DNA from: Heteronotia binoei
Taxonomy: Eukaryota
Assembly (NCBI RefSeq): GCF_032191835.1
Contig: NC_083237.1
Location: 23,312,001 to 23,376,000 of the forward strand
Direction: 5' to 3'
Length of the DNA: 64,000 nucleotides
The position numbers and the translations under genes are program-made. Below, piece by piece: positions 48,851 to 60,248 of this stretch (positions within the stretch are counted from its first letter, which is position 1; each line of letters opens with the position of its first letter). Below the pieces are notes generated by a model that saw nothing but the letters and a program-made list of their open reading frames with translations, ran no database searches and was not told the DNA's origin.

Positions 48851-50540
48851 TTGTCACTTGATCCCACTGTTGTCACTCCGCCCATCTAGTGCCAAAAGAG
48901 GCCCTGTTTTCCTCCTTTTGACCTCTTGCCCCACGGTCTTCTCAAGAGTGTTTGCAACCTTTCTAGCCCTTGCCTCTCTTCTCCTCGGCCTTGCCTTTCT
49001 CCTCTTGACTTTGCGCCCCTCCTGAGCCCCTCACTGACTTTATTGTGACAATTGACACCTTTGTCCACCTTGCTTTTTCCAACTTTACTTTTTCTGCCCT
49101 TAATATGAGTCTTAAATGCCTGACCTTTTTCTCTTGCTGTTTACTCTCCCTTATATGCACCAGTCCTCTTCTTGTCTCATAATCCTTGAGATGCCTCTCA
49201 AGTCTGGATAGTGACCTGTTTGTTATTCATAATGTCTTAGACCCAGAATATTGCCCTGTCAGACTAGAGACAGTCTGATTCTTGGGATCCACAGAAAAGC
49301 ATTAATACAAAAATAGGAGTGTGTGATCAGTGTGCACAAACCAGAGGAGTCTACTTCCCATATTCCACTTGGAACATTAACCTCTAGTTTCTTGAGGGTC
49401 AGAGGCAAGCAGCTGCCTAGTCAGAGGTGTCTAGAATCTTTTTTTGTATACCTATTTTATATAACTTTCTTGTGCTCTCTGACTTCTGATCAACACCTCA
49501 TAATAGATTTTTTTTATTCTGTCCTCCCCTAAAGAACACACATGTTTGTTTGTTTGTTGTTCATCTGGTTTTAACTTATAGGTGTTCCCAGTGTGGATGA
49601 AGCCACCTGGGTTTAAGATAAAGGACCTAAATTGTTCTAGGGGGAGTCATTTTTAGTTTTTTTAACATAGAATGGGGCTGGAATAACTGGGACTATAAAA
49701 CTTACCTCATTTGAGTCTGTCAGCCAAGGAGGATAAATCCTCTTTGAAATCATCCAGAAAGAAATCCTCATGTTGGTACACTCCAGACACAGATTCAGTC
49801 TTCCCACTAGAGTAGGGCTAATCAGAAGCTTCCAGAAAGCTGTTCTTAACTTGCTGGGTTAATATAAACTGCTCTGGGTCAAATATATGTTCTCCCTTGA
49901 CCCTCCCTCAGTGGATGTTGTATGAGCTGAACCCTACTGCCCTCTGCATGTGTCTCTCCTGTCCTCTCTAGTACAAGGTATGGCTGGGCTTCAAAAGAGA
50001 TAGAATGCTTTGAGCCCAGAGTTCAGTAGACATCTTTGCATCATTTCCAAACACTGCAACATGGTCGAACAGTTTGTTCCCACAGTGTATTGGGGCATAG
50101 AGTTATTCTGCCGTTCATTTCCACACACACCCTGTCACATGCTCCTAATGTTCCATCTGGGGGAATATTTACTCCTGCAGCTTACTCTAGGAATGCTTTC
50201 CCTTCTCTGTTTTCCTTTGGGAATAGGATATTCCTTCATGGGGGGGGGGGGGAACCTTTGGAGAGTTCTAGCTGGCCCTTTAGTCAGTTCCCTTGGATGG
50301 GAATGGTTTGTTCTACTTATTGATGGGTGGGGAGGTGTAGTGAACCATTGCATTTCACTTCAAGGCTGTGAAGGTACTTCTGTGGGGAAGATGGTACTGT
50401 TATTTTCCTTTCCCTGTTGTCTCCTTCTGTACATCCTCTCCTCCCTGGAGGAGGTAATCTTGCATTAATTATTGTATTTTTTTGTATTTGTATAATTTAT
50501 TTAAAAAACAACAACTTTGTTTTTTCTATTAAATTATTGT

Positions 50541-50546
50541 AATAAA
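50541..50546 (+). terminator. Candidate KCTD13 poly(A) signal
   Basis: AATAAA after a U-rich stretch ~1.7 kb downstream of the stop, followed by a GT/T-rich element. Confidence 0.5.
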
Positions 50547-51921
50547 GGCTTCTGCTTAAAAGAGTACTTACTGTTCCTGTTCTGTACTGCAAAGAGAGAT
50601 CTAGATACGGGATTCTGATCTTTAGTGCTTTTCCATGAACCTCAACAGCTTCTGAAAACATCTTTTGTGGGTTACAGACCATCTTTTGCTTTAGCCCTCT
50701 CCGCTAGCAGACAACTAAATGCGAGAAGAGAACCATGTAGCTGTGCCTAGCAACCCATGAGCCAAATCCTTCCCAATAAAAGCTTGCGAGCCGTTCATCT
50801 CCTTGCTTTCTTCTCTCCATGTCCATGGACTCTTCCAGGGAAGGAAAGGAAATGGTGACCATATAGGCATGCTTTCATTAGGGTCTAGAAAGCTCAGACC
50901 CCTTGTTTAAAGTGTTAGATTGTTGGTTCCCTCCAGCTCTGCCTTATATCAGTGAAGAGCGGTACCACCCTCCTTGTGTGCATCTTTTGGATCCCATGAA
51001 GTACAGTGAGAATGTCTATGGGTGTGGAGGAGGGGTGGCTGTCTGGGAAGTGCTGCACTTAAGGGAAGAAAAGCAGAAAGCCCAATGCTCTAATTGAGTT
51101 AAATTGGCCTTGTCTTGTTGCTGTCCGCTGATACTTCACAGCAGATTAGCATGCATTTCAGAAAGCCTTGAATGAAGCTGTTGCTGTTTGAAGATGGGCA
51201 TTCACATGGCACTTGATCTGAGGGACCTGGCACAGAAATGAGTAGAAAATGTCTTGAAAAGAATATAGGGCAATGCACAGTGATTTACGGCAGTGCGTGG
51301 TTTGTTTTTACTTTGTTGGCTCAATATCTCTGTTTTGATGGTGGCTTAACTCTAGGGTTGCCAGGTCTGACTCAGGAAAAATCTGGGGACTTTAGGGGTC
51401 GAGACAGGAGCAAGGATGTGACAAGCATGACAGAACTCCCAAAGGGTGTCCTGGCCATCACAGTTAAAGGGATCATGTGCCTTTTAAATGCCTTCCCTCC
51501 ATTAGAAAAAATGGAGACTGAGGGCACCTTATTTGAAGCTCAGAATTGAACTTCCTGGTCCATTTTTTTTTAAACTTGGGTTTTTTTAGGAGGGTCACCA
51601 GATGCTATGCTGAAAATTTGGTGCCTCTACCTCAAAAAACAGCCCCCCTCCAGATACCCATGGATCGATTCTCCATTATACCCTAAGGGGACTGGTCTCC
51701 ATAGGGTATAATGGACTGACCAGCAAACTTATCCCTGTATATTTGTGTGTGCGTGCACAAACCTGAAAGTCATGTTGACCTCCGGTGACTGACCCCTACC
51801 AGGGGCCAGGAGGATATTCAGAGAGGCAGCTGAATAAAACCTGCCCCTGTCCTCCTGACTGGGTATTTCAGGGAAGTCTCGCATCCAAGTACTAACTAGA
51901 GTTGACCCTCTTTAGCTTCCA

Positions 51922-52176
51922 AGCCAGTTAAGTGTGCAGACTCTTATCTGGGAGAACCTGGTTTGATTTCCCACTCCTCCATTTATAGCTGCTGGAATGG
52001 CCTTGGGTTAGCCATAGCTATCATAGGAGTTGTCCTTGAAAGGGCAGCTGCTGTGAGAGCCCTCTCAGCCCCACCCACCTCACAGGGTGTCTGTTGTGGG
52101 GGGAAAAGATAGGCGATTGTATGCCGCTCTGAGTCTGGTTCAGAGAGAAGGGTGGGGTATAAAGCTGCAGTCTTCT
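51922..52176 (+). mobile_element. tRNA-derived SINE (Squam3-like), head partly deleted
   Basis: Body matches the 7136 and 21652 copies; tail GGGTGGGGTATAAA...TCTTCT. Confidence 0.75.
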
Positions 52177-52279
52177 GAGACACTGATGAGATCAGCTTTG
52201 CCTGGGCTATCCAGCTCAGGGCGGTCTACACTGCCTCTTAAGATTGAGACTTAAAGGAAGATAATTTAAAACGAATCAC

Positions 52280-52990
52280 TCTCCTCTTTAACGACGTCAC
52301 CCAAACCACTCTCTCTAACCTCAGGATGGGAGGGGGGAGGGAGGGTCCCGTTGCCCACATGATCCCGGCGAGGTCACATGACGGACGCCATATCATGTGC
52401 GAGGGTGCCCTCCCCGGAAGCCGCGGCGCTCAGCGAGTCACATGACCCGAGGAGGCCAAAGGGGGGAACGGTCACGTGGCGGGGGCTGGCTGGCTGGGTG
52501 AATGTGCCGGGCGGGCTTGGGGGCAGCCTGGGCCTGAGAGCGGCGGAGGGCGGGTGCGAGGTCGGAGCCGAGGGGGCCGCAGTGCAGCCGGAGGGGCGAG
52601 CGGGCGTGCTTGGGGCCTGGGGCAGAAGGTGGGGGCCGCCGCCGTTTGGGGCCTTCCTCGGGACGTGCGCTGTTGGCGGAGGAGCTCCCTGGTCGCGTCG
52701 AGGGGTGCCGGGCTGGGCCAGGAGGGCGCACGTTGGCGCGGAAGGGCTCTGGGCGGGACGCAGCCTCGCTTGAAGCGAAGGGCTGAGACGGCTGGGAGGG
52801 ACGTCGGTGACCCACCCCGCGGGCTCCGAAAGCGCTCTGTTTGCCTAGAGCCTCTTGGCAAAGATTGGGGAGGAGCACAAGGAAGTGTCCCTGCCGCGAA
52901 CGGAGAGCTCTTCTGGGGGCTGCAGGGAAGGAAGCCCCTCTAAGGTGTGGGTCCGTGGAAGCTGGAGTAGCGGAGGGCACTTATAGGGAA
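52280..52990 (+). promoter_or_regulatory. CpG-island promoter of the NUFIP2-like gene with E-box cluster; candidate non-coding exon donor 52497|52498
   Basis: GTCACATGAC at 52373 and 52437, GTCACGTGG at 52471, CACATG 52356, CATGTG 52394, GACGTCAC 52293, CCGGAAG 52414; donor TGG|gtgaat. Confidence 0.65.
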
Positions 52991-53409
52991 GGCAGGCACC
53001 TGAGGGGAGGTTGAGGGGCAACTTTTAATTTAATTTTTATTCGCTTCATACATTAGGCTGTAAACGGCGTGTCTGTTGAGAGTTAGTTTAGGTAACTGAA
53101 ACTTAAGCTACAGCAGAGGGAAAGGAGTCTCCATCCCGGCACTAGAGATTTCCCTTTCTTCCTTTGAAGTGTGGTCGCAAGGCTTCGTAGGAGAAATCTG
53201 TGGAGTCGAACTGACATCTGCTTTGTGTGTGTTTGTGTTTCGGTCTGGCCTTGCCACTTCTAGAAACAGGCTACTAGATTTTAGGGCGGGGGGAGATTGG
53301 CTAGTCACTGTTTCTTAACAGGGTCAGGCTTGAACCAGTGTTGTAGTCAGGCCTTTTGCATCCTTGGGGCTCCTCTGCTGTCACCTGCATCCAAGACTAG
53401 CTTTAGACC

Positions 53410-53521
53410 ATGCAGAAAGAGGAATTGGGCATGGATGAGAACCGCAACCCTGAGGAAGAGCTGCGTCTTCTGGGGGGAAAGAAGGAGAAATGCCATAGCC
53501 TCAGCAACCGCATCCGGACAG
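53410..53521 (+). CDS. NUFIP2-like gene, coding exon 1
   Basis: MQKEELGMDENRNPEEELRLLGGKKEKCHSLSNRIRT+G; donor CAG|gtaaca, phase 1, joins exon 2 in frame (cf. NUFIP2 ...KKKT|GYGELNG). Confidence 0.6.
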
Positions 53522-55485
53522 GTAACAGAAATCCTGGCATTCTGTGCTTGGTCTTTGATGGCATAGAATTTGTTAGATTGATTTTAAAAATCCAGGTTCC
53601 TGCGCATTCAGAGTCTAGCAATTTGCCATTGATAAAGATTTTATTCTTAAAAAATTGCTTTACTCCAGAGAGTAAAGAGTTCTTACTTTCCCTTGTACCC
53701 TTCCATTCTTACCCACCTAGATATCCTTATTTACTTTTAAAATTTATTATACATGCCCTGCTTTTTACTGCAGTGGGGACCCAAAGTGACTTGCATCATT
53801 TTCCTCTCCATTTTATCATCATCAACCCTGTGAGGGAGATTAGGCCGGGAGTCACTCAGCAAGCTTCCATGGCATGAGTGAAGATTTGAGCCTGGATTTC
53901 CCAGATCCTAGTCTGATACATTAACCACTACACCATACTGTCTCCCCATGCAGCCTCCAAATTCATAGTACAAGAGTTTTCTCAGCACATGAAGATGTGC
54001 CACTCTCCTTTTCCTGAGAAAGAGAAATGGGCATCTGGAATGCATTCATCTCTCACCCCATGCCAACTATATTTGAGATAAGATTAGCATGGCTGCAGAT
54101 TCCCGCCCCCCCCCCCCCCCCCCCCAGTACAGCCGGACTGCCTAGTACAAAAAACCCTGCTGTTATCACTAGCCACACTAACCCTTCCACAGAATCCAGG
54201 CATCCACAGTCCTTTTCTCCTCCTTGGTAACTCTGAGTTCACCATGCTACATTTTAGTCCCAGAGAATTAGTTTCTCACTAAGGAAAGTTCAGTCCAGTT
54301 GCTCCAGTTTGAGTTACTGCCCCTTGTAATGTACATCTACGTTATAGCTGTCCTTAATGCCTGTCACTGTTAAGTAAAACCTTCTTTCTGTCATGCAGGA
54401 GCTGGAGCAGAGCTGGGCTACAGGCCAAGCCAGGGCTCCAGAGAAGGTGAATTGGGGACTGGGGCTTTCCCCTTCTGTCATGTTGTTTTGTGTGTGTTTC
54501 TTTCCCAGAAAGCAGCCATGCCTTAGTGCTGGAACAATCATGCACCTCCTAATTCAGTCGGTCTGATCATCTCAACAACTGCTGTTGAGGAATATACATT
54601 GCCCTCTTTCCCATGTACATCTTTGGTGCATGACCCACATCCCCCTCTATACCTTTCACCAGGAATGGTATCTTTAGATTTGATGATTTTCTAAGCCAGT
54701 GTCAAGAGGGAGAAGGCTCATGACATCTGGAAAGCCCTAATTTGCCAAATCATGTAAAGGTGATCCTTTCTGTTGTTTGGATCAGTTTTAGACTCTTCAG
54801 TGGTGGCAGCATTGAAGTATTTGGTTTAAAACACTTGACAAGAAGATTTTGGCCAGTGAAGGAGGGGATCCTTCTGGGTACATGGCTGTAATAGGCACCG
54901 TATGTTCATGTAGCTCCACTCAATTTATTTTTAATCAGTGGTCCCAGTGTCCCCTCTAAGCTGAGTTAGTGTGAGCTAGCTCACAGTTTTTGAGCCTCTG
55001 GCTCACACATTTCTGTCTTGGCTCAGGAAAAAATGGCCCCAGAGCAAACTAGTTTATGCAGTAGCTCACAAAGTAGAATTTTTGTTCACAAGGCTCCACA
55101 ACTTAGAGGGAGTGTTGGTAGGGAGAAATGGATATATATTCTCACCTTTTAAAAAATATGCTCCCCTTCTCTACTTAAAAGGTGCCAGCATTAAGTGCTT
55201 AGATACTGTGGTGACTGGGCATTTAGCATTTTCCGAACCCAGCCCCTGAACGGTACTTGAGCAGTCTGCCTAGTTTTGTTGTATTACAGGAAGAGAGACT
55301 GATAAATCAGCAACAAAAATGGTGCTATACAGGTTTCCCTAAGGGGGCAGTTCCCTGCTTTATGGGTTTACAATCTAAATTTCACAAAAAGGAGGAAGGA
55401 AACCTACAGTCATGTATGGGGGTAGGGTTGGGATATCTGTTATCCATCCAGATGTTGAGTTCACTCCAAAGTCCTTCCACTCTAG

Positions 55486-56325
55486 GTTCCTGGGAGTCCA
55501 ATGGCTATTCTGCATCCTCAGAGATCGCCGATGAGCCCAGTGTTCCCTTGAGCCCGTCTAACAGCCTTAACATCCGCAACCTCCAGTTGTCTGAGCGGGA
55601 CCCTCCAGTTACCCACCACCCCCACCGCTATCCCCATCGCTTCTACCACAGCCGGCCCTTCCACGCAGCTGCCTACCGCAAGACCTACCGAGGCAGCCCC
55701 TCTGACCGCAAAGAATGGGGACCCAGCACCAACGGCTACCACTGTGCTCCTGAAAGCATTTCTAATGGGCGGTGGCAGCACCGGCGCCGTGGCTATTCTG
55801 ACCCACCATCTCCATCGTCATCTCCAGAATCCGAACGAGACAGCACCATCAAAGTCGGAGAGAAGCCTGCCGTTACATCAAATGCCACCAATGCAGCCAA
55901 TGAGGATTCTGGGAAGGAAACATGGTCGCTTTTCCGGCCACTTCCTGCTTTCCCAGTTGATAGCAGCAGTGCCCGAATCATTCCTAAGATCTCTTATGCT
56001 AGCAAGCTGAAAGAGAACTTGGATCAACCAGGGAAAGCCTGCCATGTTCCCGCCTCGGCCGTCCGCACCACCAATAGCCTCCCCAACTGTGTCCTGGCGC
56101 CACCCCCAAGCAGCCCCCCACCATCTGACAGCAGCCGGCAGCAGCACCTGGGAGCCATCTTTCAGAATGAGTGGGGCTTGTCCTTCATCAATGAGCCAGG
56201 AGCAGGGCATGGAGGGGGTGGTGGGACTGCGCCAGAAAAAGATGTGGAGGATGCAAACACTGGAGCGTGCTGGGAGAAAATGGAAGCCAATGACTGGCAA
56301 GCCGCAAGAAATTATCACCTGGAAG
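55486..56325 (+). CDS. NUFIP2-like gene, coding exon 2
   Basis: ETWSLFRPLPAFPVDSSSARIIPKISYASKLKENL and HLGAIFQNEWGLSFINEP match recalled NUFIP2 blocks (WTLFKPPPVFPVDNSSAKIVPKISYASKVKENL; NLGDIFQNQWGLSFINEP). Acceptor ctctag|, donor GAAG|gtaagc. Confidence 0.88.
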
Positions 56326-57046
56326 GTAAGCTGGATAAAAGATCTTGATGTTGCCATCTAGGATGGGCAAGCATGGATGTATGGATTTGAGGGTAGAAGT
56401 AGGAAAATGAATGGGATGTATCAATCTTTTGGGTAGAGTATGTGGGATTGTAGGTGATACGCAAAGATGCTGGGGGCAGAAATGTTCCCGGGGTCAGAAC
56501 AGTGGTTGCAACAAGTAATGGAAGAGATGGTAGAGGAGACAATTCTTGTGATGTCTAAGAACTTGTAAGGAACAAGGGACCAGTGCCAGGCATTCACTGT
56601 TGGCATTTCTCAGCTTTTCATTGTTTAGTATGTGAAAAAGTCTGAGGGTGCCTAGAAACTAGCAAGATTGTAGCATTGGCTTTTGAGGGTTTAGCTAACA
56701 TTTTACACCTCTGGGCTGTATAAAATAGGTTCTGTGTTCTCTAATTCTACAACTTCCCCTGTTTTCTACAGTCAGTACAAATCCCAATGGCCACTTTTAC
56801 ACCGGTTGAATGAAAGCAGTTTGAAGGGCTTTTTCTCCCCCCCCCCCTCCTTTGGGGCGCACAGGAATTGGCATCTGAATCCCAACTCTTAGAACCATTG
56901 AAATGTAGGGACTTCATTTGAGGAGTGAGCTGCCTAAATGTAGCCAAGAGACTAGGAGGGGTAGGTTCTGGGACACACTTTTTGGCACTGGGTACAGCAG
57001 TGCCTGGCTTCTAATTTTCTTCTTTCCTCTCTTCTCCTAATTACAG

Positions 57047-57079
57047 AATGGACTCATATATGGGAGCTACACAGTCAAG
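57047..57079 (+). CDS. NUFIP2-like gene, coding exon 3 (33-nt micro-exon)
   Basis: (E)WTHIWELHSQ vs NUFIP2 EMESIWNLQKQ; long polypyrimidine acceptor, donor AAG|gtaagg. Confidence 0.85.
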
Positions 57080-58170
57080 GTAAGGAATCCCAGACCATCT
57101 TGCTCAGTTATGGCCCCAGTTAACTGCAGATCTCAAACCCTGTGCCATATACCTTGTGCATCTACTTTGTGAAATGATGCCCTATAGTTTCAATAAAAGG
57201 TGTACGGTTGGGCAAACTTGAAGGAATGTCGGGATGTAAAAAATACAATTGGCTATCCCAATCCTAGGACAGAGTGGCCAATTTGCAGCTATCCAAGCAA
57301 TTTTATTTGCGTACCTATGTGCTTTAAAAAAACAACAGCCCTAAAAAGTCATGTTGCTTTTGTTTAAAAAGTATCATTTTCTCCAGTTCTGCTATACTGA
57401 TTTAACATTCCTTCCTTACTTTGGGATGACAGCTTCAGGTTGGGAAATACCTGGAGATTTTGAGGGAGGAACCTGAGGAGGGCAGTGTTTGGGAAGGGGG
57501 GGGGGGGGACTTCAATGGCGTATAATGCCATAGAGTTCACTTTCCAAAGCAGCCATTTTCTCCAGGTGAATGATCTCTGTTGCCTGGAGATCAGTTGTAA
57601 TCCCATGAGATCTCCAGCCACCACCTGAAAATTGGAAACCCTATGCCGCAGCCTTGCACAGACGTAATAAGCTCCATAACAGTGGGATCCTTACTGCTGG
57701 GTGGTGCTGGCTTTATTCTAGAATCTGATCAGCCTTTGCTGGACTGTATATTACAGTACTTCTAGTGCCCCAAGGGGACCCCCCCCCCCACCTCCCAATA
57801 GAGTGGATCCTGAGAATACAGACATTAATTATAGCCCCTTGAGGTTTCTGTCTCTGCAATTTGCAGGTTAAGAGAGTATGGGGAGGGGGGGTTAGATGAA
57901 GAAACTATACATCAGGAAGACCTAGAGCTACTGGCGTCATTATCTAGCTTGTGGGGAAAGGGGTGAGGATGAGGTTGCTTAAGATTAATTCAGCCAAGCC
58001 ATGTGAGAACTGCATCTAGGGAAATAATAAGGCAGCATATGTTGACCATTTTAATACAGTATGAGAATGGAGGTGGGAAGTGAGAATAGATATTGGAATG
58101 TGCACACTGCCTATAGCCCCTCTCTTGTTGTTCTACTGCATTATCAGTTTCTGTTCTTTTCTCCGTACAG

Positions 58171-58220
58171 CTCCTAGCAAAGTGACGGTCTATATGGACA
58201 CCTTGGATGGGAAGGGTTAA
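58171..58220 (+). CDS. NUFIP2-like gene, coding exon 4 (last)
   Basis: (A)PSKVTVYMDTLDGKG* vs NUFIP2 DPKRIITYNEAMDSPDQ*; strong acceptor ttttctccgtacag|; AATAAA at 58507; spliced CDS 1035 nt = 344 aa. Confidence 0.8.
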
Positions 58221-59614
58221 CACCAAGGATTCCTTGGGGAAGCACTGCTAAGATCCGGGGGGTGGGGGGGGCACAGGGGGAGAGGCAAGGCACCCCCCCC
58301 CACCCCACGAAGACTGGAGAAGCCCAGGCATCTTGAAAGGGGAAGCTACGCCACCTGCCTCCCTTCCTCCCTCTCTCATCCTAATGCTGTTATAGCCCAA
58401 ATTGTCCTGGATGGGGCTGATGTCTCACCCTCCCCGCCCCCTCTGATTTAATGCTCTGGTTTTTAATTTCTTCAGATGGTTTTTAATTTCTCTGGATTCC
58501 CCTGAAAATAAAAGTGAAAAAAAGAATTTATTTAAATTCACCTCTCTGTTTGTATGTGTTTTTGTTTCTTATCCAGTGTACTCTGGGATGATCAGGACAA
58601 CTCATGCAGTTAGGGAAGGAGAGAGATGAAAATCTAATCGGAATTCCTAGTAGCAGAGAAAAGATCATGGGCATCACTAGGAGGAAGCAAAAATATTTGA
58701 TTTAGAAACCAGGTTGTTGTTTGAATATCTGATTACTACTAGATGTTGAGGAGGTTCCTTGACATCTACAGGGGCAAAGTTTTCCTTTCTGTTCAGGTGT
58801 ACTCCTTTTCCCAGTGAGGGGAGAAGCCAATGTGTCTTTTCCCTCAGTGATTCTTTTGAAGGTACACATTTACAACCTGGAAGCCAACTGGGTTACCTAG
58901 AATAGGGGATATGGAACCTTTTGGGCCCAAGTGCTGGAACATCCGTGTTGGTGCACCATCAAAATAAAAGCATGGAATGTGTGTGTGAGATACTAAACAG
59001 CCTGTTGGACTGACTCCTTTTAAACGCATATCATTCTTTTATTTAAAAAAAAACAAACAAACCTGGGAGTTGGTGCTGGCAGTCAGTTGCTATAATAAGA
59101 GCAGTCAGTTGATACTGGGTGTGCCTGGATTGGTTTATGTTAGGAAACAACAGAAGTAACTTGCTGTATCCTGGGGAAGACTGGCCATGGCAACGCAAAT
59201 AGCTCCTTGCTGTGGTGAGGGAGAGTTCTGTAGTAATAATGATCATTTTCTGGGTCTTGAATTAACCTAAACAACTACCACTAGGGTCACCAGGTCCTTG
59301 TTGAAAATACCTGGAGACTTGGGAAGTCAAGCCAGGAAAGGGTGGGGTTTCAGGAGGGGAGGGTCCTCAGCATGGTACAGTGCCATAGAGCCCATCCTTC
59401 AAAGCAGCCATATTCTCCAAGAGAGCTGATCTCTGCCAGCTGTAGATCAGTTGTAAAAGCGGGAGATCTCCAGGCCCCACCTGGAGGCTGGAAACCCTAA
59501 CTTCCATTCAGAGCGAATATTCCATAGGAGCAACATGATGGCTCTACAGCTTCATTTCAGTCTGGGTTTGGGGATGGAAACCATCTTGTTTGTCCTGACT
59601 GATGTCCTTTGTCA

Positions 59615-59673
59615 GAAGAATGATGGGAAGCTGATGCTCCTGGACCTCTCAGCAGCTTTTGATGCCATCAACC
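59615..59673 (+). mobile_element. Old L2 RT fragment, left part (interrupted by Copia)
   Basis: Reads LDLSAAFDAIN| and continues as HGLLEKL at 63399 after removing the insertion and one TSD copy. Confidence 0.75.
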
Positions 59674-60071
59674 TGTTGGAGCAAGAATCTACATAAACCC
59701 AGTCTGACAGCCACAGTATGACAGCTGGCGATCTAGCTGCCAGGCTAGGTCACAGTGACCTGATCAGCAGACCGGCTTGAGCCGGCAGAAGCCAAGTGAT
59801 GCAATCTGCTGAGTCAGCATGGCCAGGATTGGCTGCTTGGACTATATATGATCTGTGTGTGCATCACACAGGTCTCTCCCTGTGAGATGGTGGTTAGGCG
59901 AAGCACTTTGTCCGTGGAGGTGATATTGTATAGACTGCACAAGAGAGCACTTGTTGTGTATATATGTTAATACACCTTTTGGCACTAGTTGCACGTGTCT
60001 GCCTGATTTTCTTTCCTGAAGCCCTGTGTCGGGCAAGTCATCTCCCTCACTCTGCTACTCCCGCTCCGACG
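59674..60071 (+). repeat. 5' LTR
   Basis: Begins TGTTGG; by eye identical to 62996-63393 except the last 2 nt; contains TGAGTCA (AP-1-like), inverted CCAAT and TATATA. Confidence 0.95.
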
Positions 60072-60102
60072 GGGTTATGGGCCCAGGGCGCTTCCGCTGC
60101 GC
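60072..60102 (+). other. Primer-binding site complementary to tRNA-iMet 5' half (nt ~10-40)
   Basis: GGGTTATGGGCCCAGGGCGCTTCCGCTGCGC vs reverse complement of recalled vertebrate tRNA-iMet GGGTTATGGGCCCAGCACGCTTCCGCTGCGC. Confidence 0.85.
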
Positions 60103-60248
60103 GGAGGAGAGAGTTGAGAGTTGAGCTGACTGTGAGTTTGGAAAGAGCCGGAGGCGGGGAACGCCGGTGAAGGACACAGAAGCACCACCGTTCTCTGTTT
60201 GAGAGCCAGAGGGACGTCGGCAGCCAGCCGTGAGGAGGAGTCGGCACG

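Noticed and set aside
52378-52980. Several 130-180 aa overlapping ORFs on both strands
   Set aside because: Expected stop-poor frames of a GC-rich CpG island; no domain signal.
55257-55485. 5' part of the 363-aa ORF as coding
   Set aside because: Lies upstream of a good acceptor at 55485; homology starts after it and exon 53410-53521 supplies a phase-compatible start.
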